Shown here piece by piece: positions 13,541 through 28,015 of a stretch of 64,000 bases of DNA; within the stretch, counting starts at the first letter, position 1; the number at the start of each line of letters is the position of its first letter. Made by a program: the position numbers and the translations under genes. Origin of the DNA: Octopus sinensis (Eukaryota); assembly GCF_006345805.1 (NCBI RefSeq), contig NC_042997.1:125302001-125366000 (forward strand). The letters run 5' to 3'. The notes under the pieces were generated by a model, which did not search any database, was not told the DNA's origin, and was given only the letters and a program-made list of their open reading frames with translations.

Positions 13541-16491
13541 TGTTGAGATCAGAGGTGAAGTGTGTATAAAATTGTGCTGAAAGTAATATGTGATGCATGC
13601 AGGGAAACCTATGTTAAATCTACTCTTTTATGAGTTCCAGTTTAGTTCCAAAGTATAATATTTATTAGTTTATTTATCTATTTATTTATTTTACTTATTT
13701 CATTTTTACAAATTCTGTTTGATAAAACAATATTATATTCCCAACAAATTGGAAGAACAAAGACTAAAATAAGTTTTTTAAAAAAAACATATCATAATAA
13801 TGTTTATTATATAATAGTAAGAATTTTCTTATCGCTCTGGGAAAGATAAAAAAAATTCACTACCTTTTTACGGACTGTTAACATTGAGTGTATAAATACA
13901 GTGAGACGGAGGGACTACTTACAAACACATTATATTAATGAAATTTCTGACGTCACTATGCATATACAATGTAAATTTAAACCACAGTACAAGACATTAA
14001 TCATATTAAACATAAAAATAAATAGTTATAACAATATTATACTTTAGAATTGCAATACGGTGCGAAAAAAGCAATAACGACTGATATTTTCATTTTGTTT
14101 TGTTTAATCATATTATTTTAACGTACAATATGTGCTGTTTATAAATGTATGTGTATTAGTATGTATATAAATAGACTTAAATATACAAACGCGTTTGTGG
14201 CGTTGTATATGTAAATATGTAGATATGTAGATGTTTCGTATTTGTGTTTATAATTTTTTTAGGTTTCATGTTTATTTTCATACAGCTGTGCATTTAAAAT
14301 ATATGAAAGAGACAGAGACAGAGGGAACATGTGGAACTGTGTATCTAGGCGTGTGTATGAACGATCTAAATTCATACATGCATACATATACACATACATA
14401 GATAAATACATATATACATATGTGTAAATGTATGTGTGTGTGTGTGTGTGTGCGTGTCTATGTGTGTGCAGATATTGAGTTGAACATATATTGCATATAT
14501 TTATATTAACGTGTAATTTTATACGCACACCACACATGCACCTCTGTAACTGAAATATATATTGGCATGTAATTATATATTGATATCTATGAAATACATA
14601 TATACATATATATACATATATATATATATAAATATATACATATATATGCATGAGTGTGTGTATGTATGTGTATATATACACACACAGACAGAGAGTCGTA
14701 TTTATATATGTATATATGCCTGTGAGTATATATGAGTACCAGTTTGTATTTATCTTTGGTGTAATATATAGAGACATATGCACATATACATATGTACATC
14801 CATATATACACGTGTGTGTTTGCATGTGTGTGTAATATATATATATATATGTGTGTGTGTGCGCATATGTCTGTATGCATGTATGTATGTACCTACGTAT
14901 ATGTATGTAAGTATGTATGTATGTACGTACCTATGTACGTACGTATGTATACCTGTACGTAATAAAATTCTAACTTTGTGATAGTATCGTAGAAAGGTGT
15001 ATGGGTTAGAGCTACGCAGTTCCTTGCAGAGTTGACATCCTATAGAAAGCAAATATTTTGCAGATTAAAGTTTCTACGAAGCATAATGACGTAATGGCTC
15101 GCTGTTCCCTCGATCGATATTCTCTGCTTTTCTGTGTATGACACAATCTGCGAGAGAAAGAGTTACAATACTGGAATTGGCTATGTATTTTCTGATTTAT
15201 ATAAAAACCACCCACTTCCTTCTCACAACTGACGCATCAAATCAATAAATTCACCGAAAAAGTAAAGAAAAGCTAAAACGAGACACAAGCTGTTGTGTGA
15301 CTGGAACAAAATATTTCAAAGCACCAACACCGAATTGTGATTGTCTTTGATTGTTTCTTTCTTTCTTTTCTAGAGGATGTAAGGAAAGAAAATGTCTGGC
15401 AGCAAGTTCTGTATATGCATTTCTAGTTATCATTTTACTCTCTCCTGCCACTGCTTATACAACAGTTTTACTCTTCAGAACTTGCTGACTGCAACACACA
15501 TCCACTTCAAGGATAATTGTGTTCGCTCATTTCTATTTCATTCGGCATGTTCTTGGAATAAAGTATCTTCGCAATAATATCTAACAATCAACTAGAACGC
15601 CCAACTCCTTAGAAATAGTGAAAGCGATATTATATAAATGCTCATTTAACACATGATGACTACAGTTCTCAACCACTGGGTACGTGGCCAGGAGGTGGGT
15701 ATGTGCTGCCCGCGAGCATTTCATTTTGTTTTCTTTTGGAGTGCCGATATCTATCGATAACGTGATAAAGCAAATACTTATCTCGATGTTCATTGCATTG
15801 ATAGCATCACAGCGTATTGCCGAAGATATGTTATTCAAGCTGAAGTAGAACAACATTCACAGACAACTATGCGTATTATTAGCCATTTAAATATTTCTTT
15901 CTATTCCCGTATTAGAGAAATGGATAATTATTATATATGGCGGAACAGCAAAACTGCTGGAGACAGAACTGAAAGTATTGTAGTATTTAACTGCATCCCT
16001 TTACCTATAATTATTGCTTTGAAGTTTTGACACAAGGCCAGTAATTTCGAAAGAGGGTTAAGTCAATTAGATCGACCCCAGTTCATAACTGGTAGTTATT
16101 TTATCGGTCTCGAAGGGATGAAAGGCCAAGTCGACCTCTGTGGCATTTGAACTTAGAACGTATAGGCGAGGCGAACGAAATTTTGCTCAGCGTGTTTGCG
16201 ATTCTGGGAGCTCGCCGCTTTCCCCTTAACATAAAATAATTGCATTTTGTATCTGTGCGGTTCATACAAGTATCAGTAATATATTGGGGCTCTATTCGTT
16301 AGGTTATACTTCTTACGTACAAACTTGTAGCCTTGTAGCAATGTGAGAAATTTGTCTCTTGGGAGTAAAACAGAGCAACGTATCAGACAAAAAGATCTGT
16401 GGTAAAACCTATTTAGTTCCAAAAATCACCAGGTTTTAGCTACGACATTTTTCTCTCTCTCACCAGGACCATTAAAATATATACAAATGTA

Positions 16492-17041
16492 TTGGGTTGT
16501 CCAGAAAGTTCATGCCGATTTATAGTAGCTTATATTTCGACTTATTTTAGAACATGGTTGAGTCCATAAAATAGGATTTTACTACAACTCCATTGAGAGC
16601 ACGGTTTAAGCTATCTTTTCATCGAAAACATTTATGTTCCTATAACCTGTGTTTATTCTGTAACACTTTCAAATGGAAGATAAGAAAGTTCATTTTAGGC
16701 ACTTGATGCTTTGGGAACCAGACAAAAATTGCTGCTGCTCGGCTGGGATGTGTTACGCCACCCTCCATATTCACATGATATTGCTCCTTCGGATTTCCAC
16801 TTATTCAGTCTTAATGGTAAACATTTCAATTCCTTGGATGACGTAAAATAAATACCTTGATGAATTCTTTGCCATGAAACCACCTCAATTCTGGGAAGAG
16901 GGTATTTTCAAGTTAAAGGAAAATGGAGAAGCATTGTGCAAGAAAATGGTTCATATTTGGTTGATTAAAAATGTAATGGCAAGTATTTATCGACCTTTTT
17001 CTTTCCTTTAAAATTCGGCACGAACTTTCCGGACAACCCAA
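16492..17041 (+). mobile_element. Complete 550-bp non-autonomous mariner with about 30-bp TIRs and TA target duplication
   Basis: TA-ttgggttgtccagaaagttcatgccgattt ... aaattcggcacgaactttccggacaacccaa-TA. Internally MEDKKVHFRHLMLW is fused to TRQKLL..HPPYSHDIAPSDFHLF. Confidence 0.95.
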
Positions 17042-17174
17042 TATACTGAAACCTATTCAATAAAAGATAGATAACTTGCAGTCTTGATTGCTTCTTTTGA
17101 TTCATCTATATTGCTGTGTATATTTTACCTTTTTCATTCACGCAGGATTTCAGTCATCACAAATATATTTATTG

Positions 17175-17555
17175 TGGGTGGTCAGAGGTTTGCTTCCCAA
17201 CCATATACTCCGGATTCAGTCGCACTTCGTGACACTTTGAGCAAGTGTCTTCTACTATCGCTTCGGACTGAATTTAGTAGTCTGGAGATATATGTGTGTG
17301 TGTATGTGGGTGTGTGTGTGTGTGTATGTGTATGTGTGTGAGAGTCTTTATGTCACGACCGCTTGACAAACAGTGTAGGTGTGTTTACATCCTCGTAACC
17401 TAGCGGTTCGGCTAAAGGAGCCGATAGAATTATTATAGCGGCTCCTTTGGCCGAACAGAAAATAGGTATTCGGAGCGATTAATTCGGATAAAATTCCTGA
17501 AGGGGTCGCCCCAGTGCAGCTGCAGTCCAATGACCGCAACAAAAGGTAAAAGATT
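17175..17555 (+). mobile_element. Decayed family B SINE
   Basis: gagcaagtgtcttctactat (CORE-like), internal (TG)n, and cgcttgacaa..gcggttcggc. Confidence 0.7.
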
Positions 17556-17629
17556 ATTACTTGTAATTATATTTGTCTAATTACTGTTTTCTCTTTTCTT
17601 TCTTTTGTTTCAATAGATTATCAAGATAA

Positions 17630-17953
17630 GGCGGTGAGCTGGCAGAATCGTTAGCACGCCGGGCGAAATGCTTAGCGGTATTTCGTCTGCGTTACGTTCT
17701 GAGTTCAAATTCCGCCGAGGTCGACTTTGCCTTTCATCCTTTCGGGATCGATAAATTAAGTACCAGTTACGCACTGGGGTCGATGTAATCGACTTAATAC
17801 CTATGTCTGTCCTTGTTTGTCCCCACTGTGTTTAGCCCCTTGTGGGTAATAAAGAAATAGGTATTTAATTTGCCGCTACGTTCTGAGTTCAAATTCCGCC
17901 GGGGTCGACTTTGCCTTTCATTCTTTCAGAGGTCGATTAAATAAGTATCAGTT
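17630..17953 (+). mobile_element. Family A tRNA-derived SINE (full, 17630-17859) plus tandem partial unit
   Basis: A-box-like ggcagaatcgttagc, B-box GAGTTCAAATTCC, body gtcgactttgcctttcatcctttcggg..., and tail aataaagaaata. Confidence 0.9.
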
Positions 17954-17954
17954 G

Positions 17955-17986
<32 letters not shown>

Positions 17987-18069
17987 GGTAGGTAGGTAGG
18001 TAGGTAGGTAGGTAGGTAGGTAGGTAGGTAGGTAGGTAGGTAGGTATGTAGGTATGTATGTATGCATGC

Positions 18070-18215
18070 GACAGTCTTCATTCTGTTTCCGTCTTCTAAA
18101 GCCACTCATAAGGCTTTGGTCGGGTCGAGACTATCGCAGAAGTCACTCGCCCAAGATGTACAGTGGGACTGTACCCGGAACCATGTGGTTGGGAAGCAAC
18201 CCATATCTTCACCTA
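18070..18215 (-). mobile_element. 5' half of a family B SINE
   Basis: ccactcataaggctttggtcggg..cagtgggactgtacccggaaccatgtggttgg. Confidence 0.8.
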
Positions 18216-18239
18216 TTGGCTATTACACATAAACCTACA

Positions 18240-19140
18240 CCTATTGCGCCTATATAGCAATACTTTGTACACAGAAACACACCAGGCTATTGCACGTTCA
18301 GACACACCTAGATGTTAGACATATGTATACCTCATTGTTATAATCACATCCACATCCGACTGTTTCACGTATTGCCATATCTGGTTGTTTTACGCACATG
18401 ACTATTAAACTTGCAACCATAACTGGCTGTTGTACAAACAGTTATACCCTGGCTGTTGCACATACTTCTACACCTTGTTGCTGCAATCACTCTTATATCT
18501 GAGTGTTCCACATATTGCCCTACGTGTTTGTTATACACACAGCCACGCCTGACTATTGCACGTTCAGATACAACTGGCCATTATACGCACATCAATAAAT
18601 GCTTCGTTGTTGTAAGCACTCCGACAGCCAACAGTTCCACTCATAACTATAACTGAATGCTGTGCAAACAGAGTCATACTGACCCACTCTTCATTAGACC
18701 TGGTTGCTCTATACACAGCTATACTTGTCTCTTACATAAATATCTACACCTTAGTCTAGTACACAAAGCCACGCCTGGCTCTTTCATTCACAGCCATACC
18801 TGACTGTTCCACCTACAGCCATACTTAGCTGATTTACTCATAGCTATATCTATTTCTTTACTGCCCACAAGGGGCTAAACAGAGAGGGGACAAACAAGGA
18901 CAGACAAACGGATTAAGTCGATTATATCGACCACATTATGTAACTGGTACTTATTTAATTGACCCCGAAAGGATGAAAGGCAAAATCGACCACGGCGACA
19001 TTTGAACTCAGAACATAGCGGCAGACGAAATACCACAAAGCATTTCATCCAACGTGCTAACGTTTCCGCCAGCTCGCCGCCTTAACTCTTAGCTATACCT
19101 GTCTGGCGTCCACACGCTTATAAACGTGGCTGCTATATAT
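18240..19140. repeat. Degenerate minisatellite of about 23 bp (acagccatacctgactgttcc-like), interrupted by a SINE
   Basis: Recurrent cagccac/tacctgact/ctg ttg/cac motifs; the array resumes after 19083. Confidence 0.6.
18851..19083 (-). mobile_element. Family A SINE, full length
   Basis: Reverse complement of 17630-17859. Confidence 0.9.
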
Positions 19141-19658
19141 CATATACACCTCTTTCGGAGCGAGCCTCCAGAGGTACCTGATAAACTGTTGTCTGGGATT
19201 GAACCAGACAATAATAAATTGTTCTACCAAACACACGAGACTAATAGAGGTGTTTATAAATAAAAGACTGAACAACCTGCTAGAACAATTAACCAAATTT
19301 CAAGCCAATGCGAGTGCTTCTACATAACTGATCAATATGCAAAAAATAGCAACGAAATTTCACTCGAACAGCTCTCGTCTTCTAAAAAACAGAAAAATTA
19401 AGTTTAAAATCAATCTAATAGATTAATGAGTTATAAAAAATCAATCTAACAGTTAATATGTTATTAAAAAGATTTTTCTATAATGTACTTGACTCAATTG
19501 TTTAATCACCAGAATTACTTGCTGATTGAATTAGCATCTAACTGATCGACTTTTGCCCTAGATGCCACGCTGTGAAATCGAACTAGGAACTTCTTTGCTG
19601 TGAAATGAATTTCTTTTTTATCATTCGGCCGTATTGCAACTGTATATAAACAGCTAGC

Positions 19659-20285
<627 letters not shown>

Positions 20286-20854
20286 ACTATTTACCGAGCA
20301 TTTTGTCTTAATATGCCTTAGAGTTGGAATATGCGGCTTTCAACACATACATGTCTAAATATCATGTTTGTGTATGTCTGTACGTGCGTGTGTTGTAGAA
20401 ACTGTCCTGTAATTTAAACCATAGCTTTTGCAAGTAACACAATATAATATATAAAGGTATTGAAACTAATGTTACACAATATTGAACAAACATCCTATTT
20501 AGATCGCTATTTACACCAATGTTAGACACATGTTCTACCTCGACCAATTTCATGTTAATGTCCCATTCGAACCAATGTTATAATTAAACCAAGTCTATGG
20601 CAATATTTTCTTTTGACAGATGTTATATCAATGTCATATTTGAGGCAACATTATATTTAAGCCAATGTTATGACAGAGACCAATGCTGTTGTAATGTTTT
20701 ATTTACACCATTGCTAGAGCAATATTTCATTTAGATCAATATTTGACCTATATTCTATTTAAACCAACGTACTTTAAACGAATATTCCATTTAGACCAAT
20801 GTTAGAGCAATATTCTGATTAGATCAATGTTAAACCAATATTCTATCTGACTAA

Positions 20855-21125
20855 CTAGCAATCCTTAGTTACGACGACGAAAGTTCCAGGTGATCCGATC
20901 AATAGAACAGTCTGCTCATGAAATTTACATGCAAGTGGTTGAGAACACCACAGACATGCGTACCATTAACGTAGTTCTCAAGAAAATTGAGCGTGACACA
21001 GAATGGGACAAGGCTGCCCCTTTGAAGTACAGGTACTACTTCTTTTTTTGCCAACTGAGTGGACAGCAGTCACGTGAAATAAAGTGTCAACATTCTGCCA
21101 AGTATTGAACTCATGATCTTACGAG
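20855..21125 (-). mobile_element. Third SINE family (C), decayed
   Basis: The minus strand has B-box-like catgagttcaatact, then ctgctgtccactcagttggc..gtagtacctg. A related tail fragment lies at about 41660-41910. Confidence 0.5.
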
Positions 21126-21144
21126 GCCTGAAATTTAGGGGAGG

Positions 21145-21690
21145 GGGATAATCGATTACATCGACCTCAGTACGTAAGTGGTACTTAATATATCGACTCC
21201 GAAAGGAAGAAAGGCAAAGTCGACTCCGGCGAAATTTGAACTCAGAACGTAGCGACGGGCGAAATACCGCTAAGTATTTCGTCCAGTGTGCTAACGATTC
21301 TGACAGACTCACCGCTCTTTATTCTTTTCTACTCTAGGTACAAGACCCGAAAATTTGGAGGTCAGTCGATTAAATCGACCCCAGACCCTGAAAGGATGAA
21401 AAGCAAAGTCGACCTCGTTGGAATTGGAACTCAGAACGTAAACACAGACGAAATACCTATTTCTTTACTACCCACAAGTGGCTAAATACAGAGAGAACAA
21501 ACAAGGATAGACAAACGGGTTAAGTCGATTACATCGACCCCAGTGCGTAACTGGTACTTAATTTATCGACCCCGAAAGGATGAAAGGCAAAGTCGACCAC
21601 GACGGAATTTGAACTCAGAACGTAACGGCAAACGAAATACATCTACGCATTTCGCCCGGCGTGCTAACGTTTCTGACAGCTCGCCTCCTT
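21145..21690 (-). mobile_element. Cluster of three family A SINE units (21145-21315, 21335-21457 partial, 21458-21690 full)
   Basis: Repeated gaaaggatgaaaggcaaagtcgac..gaactcagaacgta. Confidence 0.85.
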
Positions 21691-23579
21691 ATCAATGTTA
21701 AAATTATATTCTGTTTCGACCACTGTTAGAGCAAAATTCAGTTTAGACCAATGTTAGACCAATATCTTCAGATCAATGCCAAATCCATATTCTTTTAAGA
21801 CCGATGTTTGACCAACGTTCTGTTTATACGAAATTTAAGCCGGTATGCTTATCTCGCTAAGAAAAGAGAAATAGTGACCAACGTAGACAGGAAAAATATC
21901 TTTCTACCTTCATCATGTCATTTGTTCATTTATCGACTTGGAAAAGATGAAAGCTTGAATTCGGGGGGGGGGGGAATATCTCGATAATATAATATACTAA
22001 ATATAATAAAATATACTCAACATAATATACTTGATATAATATATTCCTCTCTAACAAGGCGCCATTATTCTGTCTATATTTATACCACGAAGATAATTGA
22101 TCATAAATGGTTTAATTTTGAAGTGAAAGAGACACTATATACAGTCGATTCACTGGACGGTTCGATTTGTCAGAAATATATTTCTTGTATATAGGAAAGG
22201 AAATGGAAAGGAGCGACTATTGTTTGCTCATCAGTAATGGCCAGTTTCGCCAGAACTGTATTCACTGATTTAACAAATGTACTTGATTTATGAAAATAAT
22301 ATGTTATAGATAACTTTGTGACAGACTATAAAGTTTTAGAAAACAATTACAGCTACCCTGACGCCGTTTTACAATATTAAAAGATTTCTTTCGATTCGAT
22401 AAATAAGTGTAAAACATTTGTAAAATGTCTATTTAACTGATTCTCTTGATTGGAAAATTACTCAAAGACTTCTGCCGCCAACCAGTCTCCAAAAAGGATG
22501 TTTTCAGCTTAGTTGGAATATAGATTTAATCTGTTTTATTTCATTGATTGGTTTATATCGATTCCATTTCTAATACAGAAAAAATACATATATGTAAGTG
22601 AAAAATATTTCTGCCAACAATGAGAGGCCAAACTTTACTTATATACAGACCGACCGATATACATGACTATTTACCATTTAAAACGTCGAAGTCAGTGGAC
22701 AGAGGGGAACAAACATTTGTGTTAATAATCTATATATTACAATATTGAAAAACCTTAAATTAGTTCGGGAAGATTTTTATGCTTTCAAATTAGTACTGAG
22801 GAAGGGTGTGTATAGTTTTTTGTGCGTTTGTGTATTTATATAGCCCTACTCCCAGGTTTTATTAAATAATAAATCATCAAATTAACTTGAAAGCAATCAA
22901 TGGTTTCTAAAATGCTATGCTTATTCGATTAAGCCCTTCTCATGGTCACTATTGATGTCAATAAACCGAAGCTACTACAATCAGAGATTGAAACCCTGCT
23001 TTAATTTTGAATCTAAATGGCTAAGAGTTCTAATCTTGATGAATGTTAGCATTTTTTGAGATGCATCATATGCCACCGGCTCCGCCCCACACCAAGAAAA
23101 CAATGGTACCATTTTAGAAAAAGACATCACCCACGATGTCCCCCTCGGTTTTTATTTTGTCTATATTGATGTTGATGTTTCTTATTATTTAAATAAACTG
23201 TTATAAACGGAACAGTCTGGCCGGTCGATATGAATAATTTCTGTATAATAAATAGCATACTTATACATGTATGTATGTATGTATGTATGTATGTATGTAT
23301 GTATGTATGTATGTATGTATGTATGTATGTATTAAGGATGTTTGCATGTAAGTATGTATATGTATGTGTGTATGCGTGACGTGAGTATACATGAGTGTGT
23401 ATGTAAATATATAAAGGCTTAACGCTACTTTCAGTTTCTTATAGAATCGAACGTCGTTAAAATGAGTAACAGTACAGTTGGAATATATAAAAAAGTCCGG
23501 TATACACATACACCCAGCCACATCCCTATACTGTAAGTATATTACTCTCTAACATTGGTACGACTCGACTACACTGTCT

Positions 23580-23800
23580 TTTCCCCCCCTCTCCTACTTT
23601 TCTCTGCCCTCACCCTTTTCACTCCCCTTGTTCTGTCTCTTTCCCTCTTTTTCTTCTCCCCCCTTGTTCCCCTTCTTTCTTTCTCTCTTCCTCCGTCCCT
23701 CCCCTCCCACATTTCTCTGCCTCTCAGACCTTATACCCCACTTGACCTGTCCCTTTCCCTCTCCTGCTTCTCTCTTCATCTGTCCCTTTCTCCTTTTTGT
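23580..23800. repeat. Irregular polypyrimidine (C/T) tract
   Basis: About 220 nt that are nearly all C/T on the plus strand. Confidence 0.85.
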
Positions 23801-23879
23801 GCTCACGTGACCAGCTAGCTACCACTGCCTTTTCGCATCAAGTAGTTGGCGTGACCACACGTATGTGTTTGTGCTCCGT

Positions 23880-24315
23880 TTGCCTTCAGGCACTTTTACC
23901 ACAGCCAGCCCTATACTCAACTCGTCCTGTCGAAAGACGCTTGTCCTGACGTCCTGGTTTTGTTATGATTGTTTTTACGTTATTTTGTATTGAAATGGCA
24001 AAAATTATCCGTGCTATCTTTATTGTTTTTACGTATTTTTGAATTTTTTTTTTTCGAGTAACATCGTCCGTTTTTTCTGTCACTGTGTTGTATACTTTCG
24101 AGGTTTTCTTCCAAGGAATCTAATGCGATTGGCTTAGATTTCCCTTGGCGGGCTGCCCAGATTGGAGCAATCTCAAGATTAATCAGCCGAAATTGCGAAG
24201 ATGATCTGGTTCTTGACTGATGACTGAGAGCTTCGAAAGTCCCGTCTGTGTGTTTTTTTGTCGTCTTCAAAATGTTTCACGTTCTTGTCCCAGTTTGTGT
24301 TTTTTAACGTTTACC
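23880..24315 (+). mobile_element. PLE-like terminal fragment with variant hammerhead-like motif; homologous to 45301-45473 (-)
   Basis: ccgaaattgc..gat.atctgg....actga.ga..ga.a.ct.cgaa...ccgtct and a downstream cgttcttgtc are shared; the fragment ends in (TA)n. Confidence 0.45.
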
Positions 24316-24323
24316 TATATATA

Positions 24324-24393
<70 letters not shown>

Positions 24394-24394
<1 letters not shown>

Positions 24395-25119
24395 ATGATA
24401 AATATCAAAGTGAGTTATATACAGTAGCGGTAACACATCGTGACGTATTTTTGCCATTTCAATATGGCTAACCCCTAAGGGTGGATGCTACTGTAGTTTT
24501 TAGCCCCAGGAGGACACACTCCTCCAGCTGGCCATAGACACACTATCTGTGTCCTGTCAGTATTTGCAAAGGGAAGTCATCCTTCCCGTCTTCAACTTAT
24601 GATACACACGGACTCGAGTTTCGAGGTATTGACCTCTCGTCAGCGTGTGACAATCATAGTTGTCGCCGAGAATTAGATTTCCTTCACAAATACTTATACT
24701 TTCTCCAGCGCCCACTGTCGCTGATATTGAAAAAGTGAAATCAAACAATGATAAATATCAAAGTGAGTTATATATAGTAGCGGTAACACATCGTGACGTA
24801 TTTTTGCCATTTCAATATGGCTAACCCCTAAGGGTGGATGCTACTGTAGTTTTTAGCCCCAGAGGACACACTCCTCCAGCTGGCCATAGACACACTATCT
24901 GTGTCCTGTCAGTATTTGCAAAGGAAGTCATCCTTCCCGTCTTCAACTATGATACACACGGACTCGAGTTTCGAGGTATTGACCTCTCGTCAGCGTGTGA
25001 CAATCATAGTTGTCGCCGAGAATATGGCCAGCTGGAGGAGTGTGTCCTCCTGGGGCTAAAAACTACAGTAGCATCCACCCTTAGGGGTTAGCCATATTGA
25101 AATGGCAAAAATACGTCAC
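24394..25119. mobile_element. MITE-like foldback (about 96-bp arms at 24793-24888 and 25023-25119) preceded by a direct duplication (24394-24673 = 24747-25023)
   Basis: Arms and duplicate are near-identical by eye. A related motif gtgtcctcctgggg.taaaaa occurs at 45656. Confidence 0.8.
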
Positions 25120-25133
25120 TATATATATATATA

Positions 25134-25295
25134 TCACGTGACTGACCAGACCATCAGATGTTGCTACACATCGCTGGTCACAATGCGTTCGCATTGTTTT
25201 AGCCTTCGAACGACGCCACCCCGCTGGCTAAGCGAGCAACCCAACAGAAGAAAGTGGGAGAAAGAGTGGTGAAAGAGTACAGCAGGGATCACCCA
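25134..25295 (-). mobile_element. 3' part of a family D SINE (tail type Y)
   Basis: Reverse complement of 45095-45252. Confidence 0.85.
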
Positions 25296-25342
25296 CACAT
25301 ATATATATACATATATATATTTCTTGATAAGAAATAGTTTAC

Positions 25343-25373
<31 letters not shown>

Positions 25374-25831
25374 TGTATGTATGTATGTATGTATGTATGT
25401 ATGTATGTATGTATGTATGTATGTATGCATGCATCATGTATGCATGTATCTGAATGTATGTGTGTATTGTGCTTTCGTGAGTATACATAATATTGATATG
25501 TGAGAGATTACCATTCCGTTAGAGTATTAAAAAGTGGACAAACAGACCGGAAATTCTTCACGAGCAGCAGCTAGCTTTACTTTTCATCTGATAATTGTAT
25601 CTCCATTCCAAAATCTCGCCATTCTTACAAATAAAACAAATATGCTTTCAAATTTTCCCATATGCTTTATTTTTTATTTCCCTACAGTTTAACCCACTAA
25701 CACACATCTAACTTCTCCAAGTTATTTTCGTTTTTAAATATGTGAAATCTGGTACATGTATTTTTCCCAGTAAAAATCTAATACTATCATAGAAGTTTGA
25801 CCTAATCCTATAATTCCTTTCCTCTTTTTTT

Positions 25832-26049
25832 TTCTTTTCTACTTGTTTCAGTCATTTGACTGCAGCCATGCTGGAGCACTGCCTTTAGTCGAGCTTCTTC
25901 CAGTTTGCGTCTACCAAATCCACTCAGAAGGCTTTGGTCGGCCCGAGGCTATAGTAGAAGACACTTGCCCAAGGTGCCACGCAGTGGGACTGAACCCATG
26001 ACCATTTAGCTGGTAAGCAAGCTACTTACCATACAGCTACTCCTGCGCC
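25832..26049 (-). mobile_element. Family B SINE with internal deletion (no microsatellite)
   Basis: The 3' tail ...gcactgcctttagtcgag is joined directly to cttcttccagtttgcgtctacc; the head is intact. Confidence 0.85.
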
Positions 26050-26161
26050 AGTATAGTAGACTTTATTTAAGTTCAGTTTCTGCTTTAGTTTCTCCCTGTT
26101 TTGCTGTCAACAACCACTCACGTATGTGTGTGTGTGTGTGTGTATGTGTGTGTGTGTGTAT

Positions 26162-26195
<34 letters not shown>

Positions 26196-26222
26196 AGAGA
26201 GAACAGACAGATAGCAGAGCAG

Positions 26223-26260
<38 letters not shown>

Positions 26261-26868
26261 TGAAGAGAGACAGGGAGATGGAGAGAAGAACCACATTTGA
26301 AATAAGCTGATATGCCCTGCTCATGGTACAAGACGGTGCACCAGCATGGCCGCAGTCTCGTTACAGAAACAAGTAAAATAGTAAATAACTGCATATGTGT
26401 CTGCATATGCACGCATGTGTAAATTTATATGTAGATGTCCACACACACAAACACACACACACACACAAACATACGCACACACGCATACATACACAATGGG
26501 CAGAAACATGAATCGCCAGACAGCTCTCACTTTCAGTCAGTTTTAATAAAAATCCATATCCTCTACAACATGTATTGAGCACTCTTATCTCTTTCGCTCA
26601 ACACAAAGTACATGCACGCGCTGAGTGTGTGTGTGTGTGTTTGTGTGTGTTTGTGTGTGTGTGTGTGTGTGTCTGTGTGTGTGTGATTGTATGTTTAAGC
26701 ATTATAACATCTTTTTCTCTCTTACTTTGCTTTGTACATATTGTAATATTTTAATTCTATTATTAATATTTTTATTATTGAGATAGATAAATAGATAGAT
26801 AGATAGATAGGTAGATAGATAGATAGATTGGTAGGTTGGTAGGTACTAGATAGATAGATAGATAGATA

Positions 26869-27935
26869 TGTTTCTTTATTAGCCACACAGGGCTGCACAC
26901 AGATAGAACAAATTACAAGGTAGAGCTTTTCTTTTGAAGGTTTAAAAAAAAAAAAAAGGAAAGGGGGAGTTTCGATCAAAAGGGATCGTAAAAGGAGAGA
27001 AAGAGGACAAAAAAGGGGGGGTTAAAAAAAGGGGGGAGAGGAAAAAAATTGATCAATAGGGATCGTTATCACAGAAATGTCAATATGAAGTGTAAAGGGG
27101 AGGACAGGTGAGGTTTACCCGTGGAAAGAAAAGCCTACGGAAAAGACCACGGTAACCTCGGTCAATGAAGTCACATTTTATATTTCTTTTTTTCTTTTTT
27201 TTTTTTTTTTTTTGCAAATAAGCAAATCTCTGTTTTCAATTTCTGGGTTCATAGGATTATGCTCAAGGTGGCTTCGTCATTCATACGTGCCATTCTTGCT
27301 ACATTCACCCATCTTGTTTTAAAACATTCGCTAGACAAAACTTGCCTCTCTACTCTCACTTTCCTTTTCAAGTGGTACTTGAAGAAGTTGATGAGAGATT
27401 GACCAGAGAGGAAAGTGTTTGTCTCCAATCCTTTCAGACGCGTCCACCAGATACATTCTTTCGCCATAGCCACAAGGATGATGAAAATAGCTCTTCCTTC
27501 CCGTTTGAAGGAAGGAGGCGTGACAATATTGACGATAGACTCAGCTGATAAACCGACTCGTCCCACACGTGACAGCAGTTGTTCGACATAAGCCCACAGG
27601 TCGGAAATTGTTAGACACTGAACGAGTGCGTGCAGAACGGTTTTGTCGCTCTGACCGCATCTCGGGCAGGTCGGCCCCGTGTTTCTCGAGCCGTGTCTGT
27701 AGAGCTTATCCCGAACGGGTAGCGCTTCTCGGTAGCACTGCCAGGCCAGGGATCTCTGGAAGTTGTCCATGGGCCCTGGCCCGAAAGTCGTCCTGAACAG
27801 GCGGGTCAGGTACTCCTCGTCGACGTCCAGGTTCGCCCCGAGCTCGTCGTCGTACCTCCCCTCCACTAAACCCCTATAGAATGCTTTGGTTGTGTTGAAG
27901 TCACTTAAGGTCGACCCAGGACGGCAGAGTTGCTT

Positions 27936-27937
<2 letters not shown>
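26869..27937 (-). mobile_element. Tx1-like LINE copy 2 (5'-truncated, 1.07 kb), flanked by (GATA)n on both sides
   Basis: Open 205-aa ORF (27249-27866) with CPRCGQSDKTVLHALVQC. Near-identical to 60430-61507; the 3' end is AATAAA-gaaaca then (TATC)n. Confidence 0.95.

Positions 27938-28015
<78 letters not shown>

Larger units (their letters stand above)
20480..21840. repeat. Degenerate minisatellite of about 28 bp (accaatgttagagcaatattcyatttag), split by a SINE cluster
   Basis: Units are visible at 20480-20850 and again at 21690-21840. Confidence 0.65.

Noticed and set aside
15581-15856. 91-aa minus-strand ORF in unique DNA (also 10122-10400 +)
   Set aside because: No recognisable domain or clear splice sites; length is within chance expectation.
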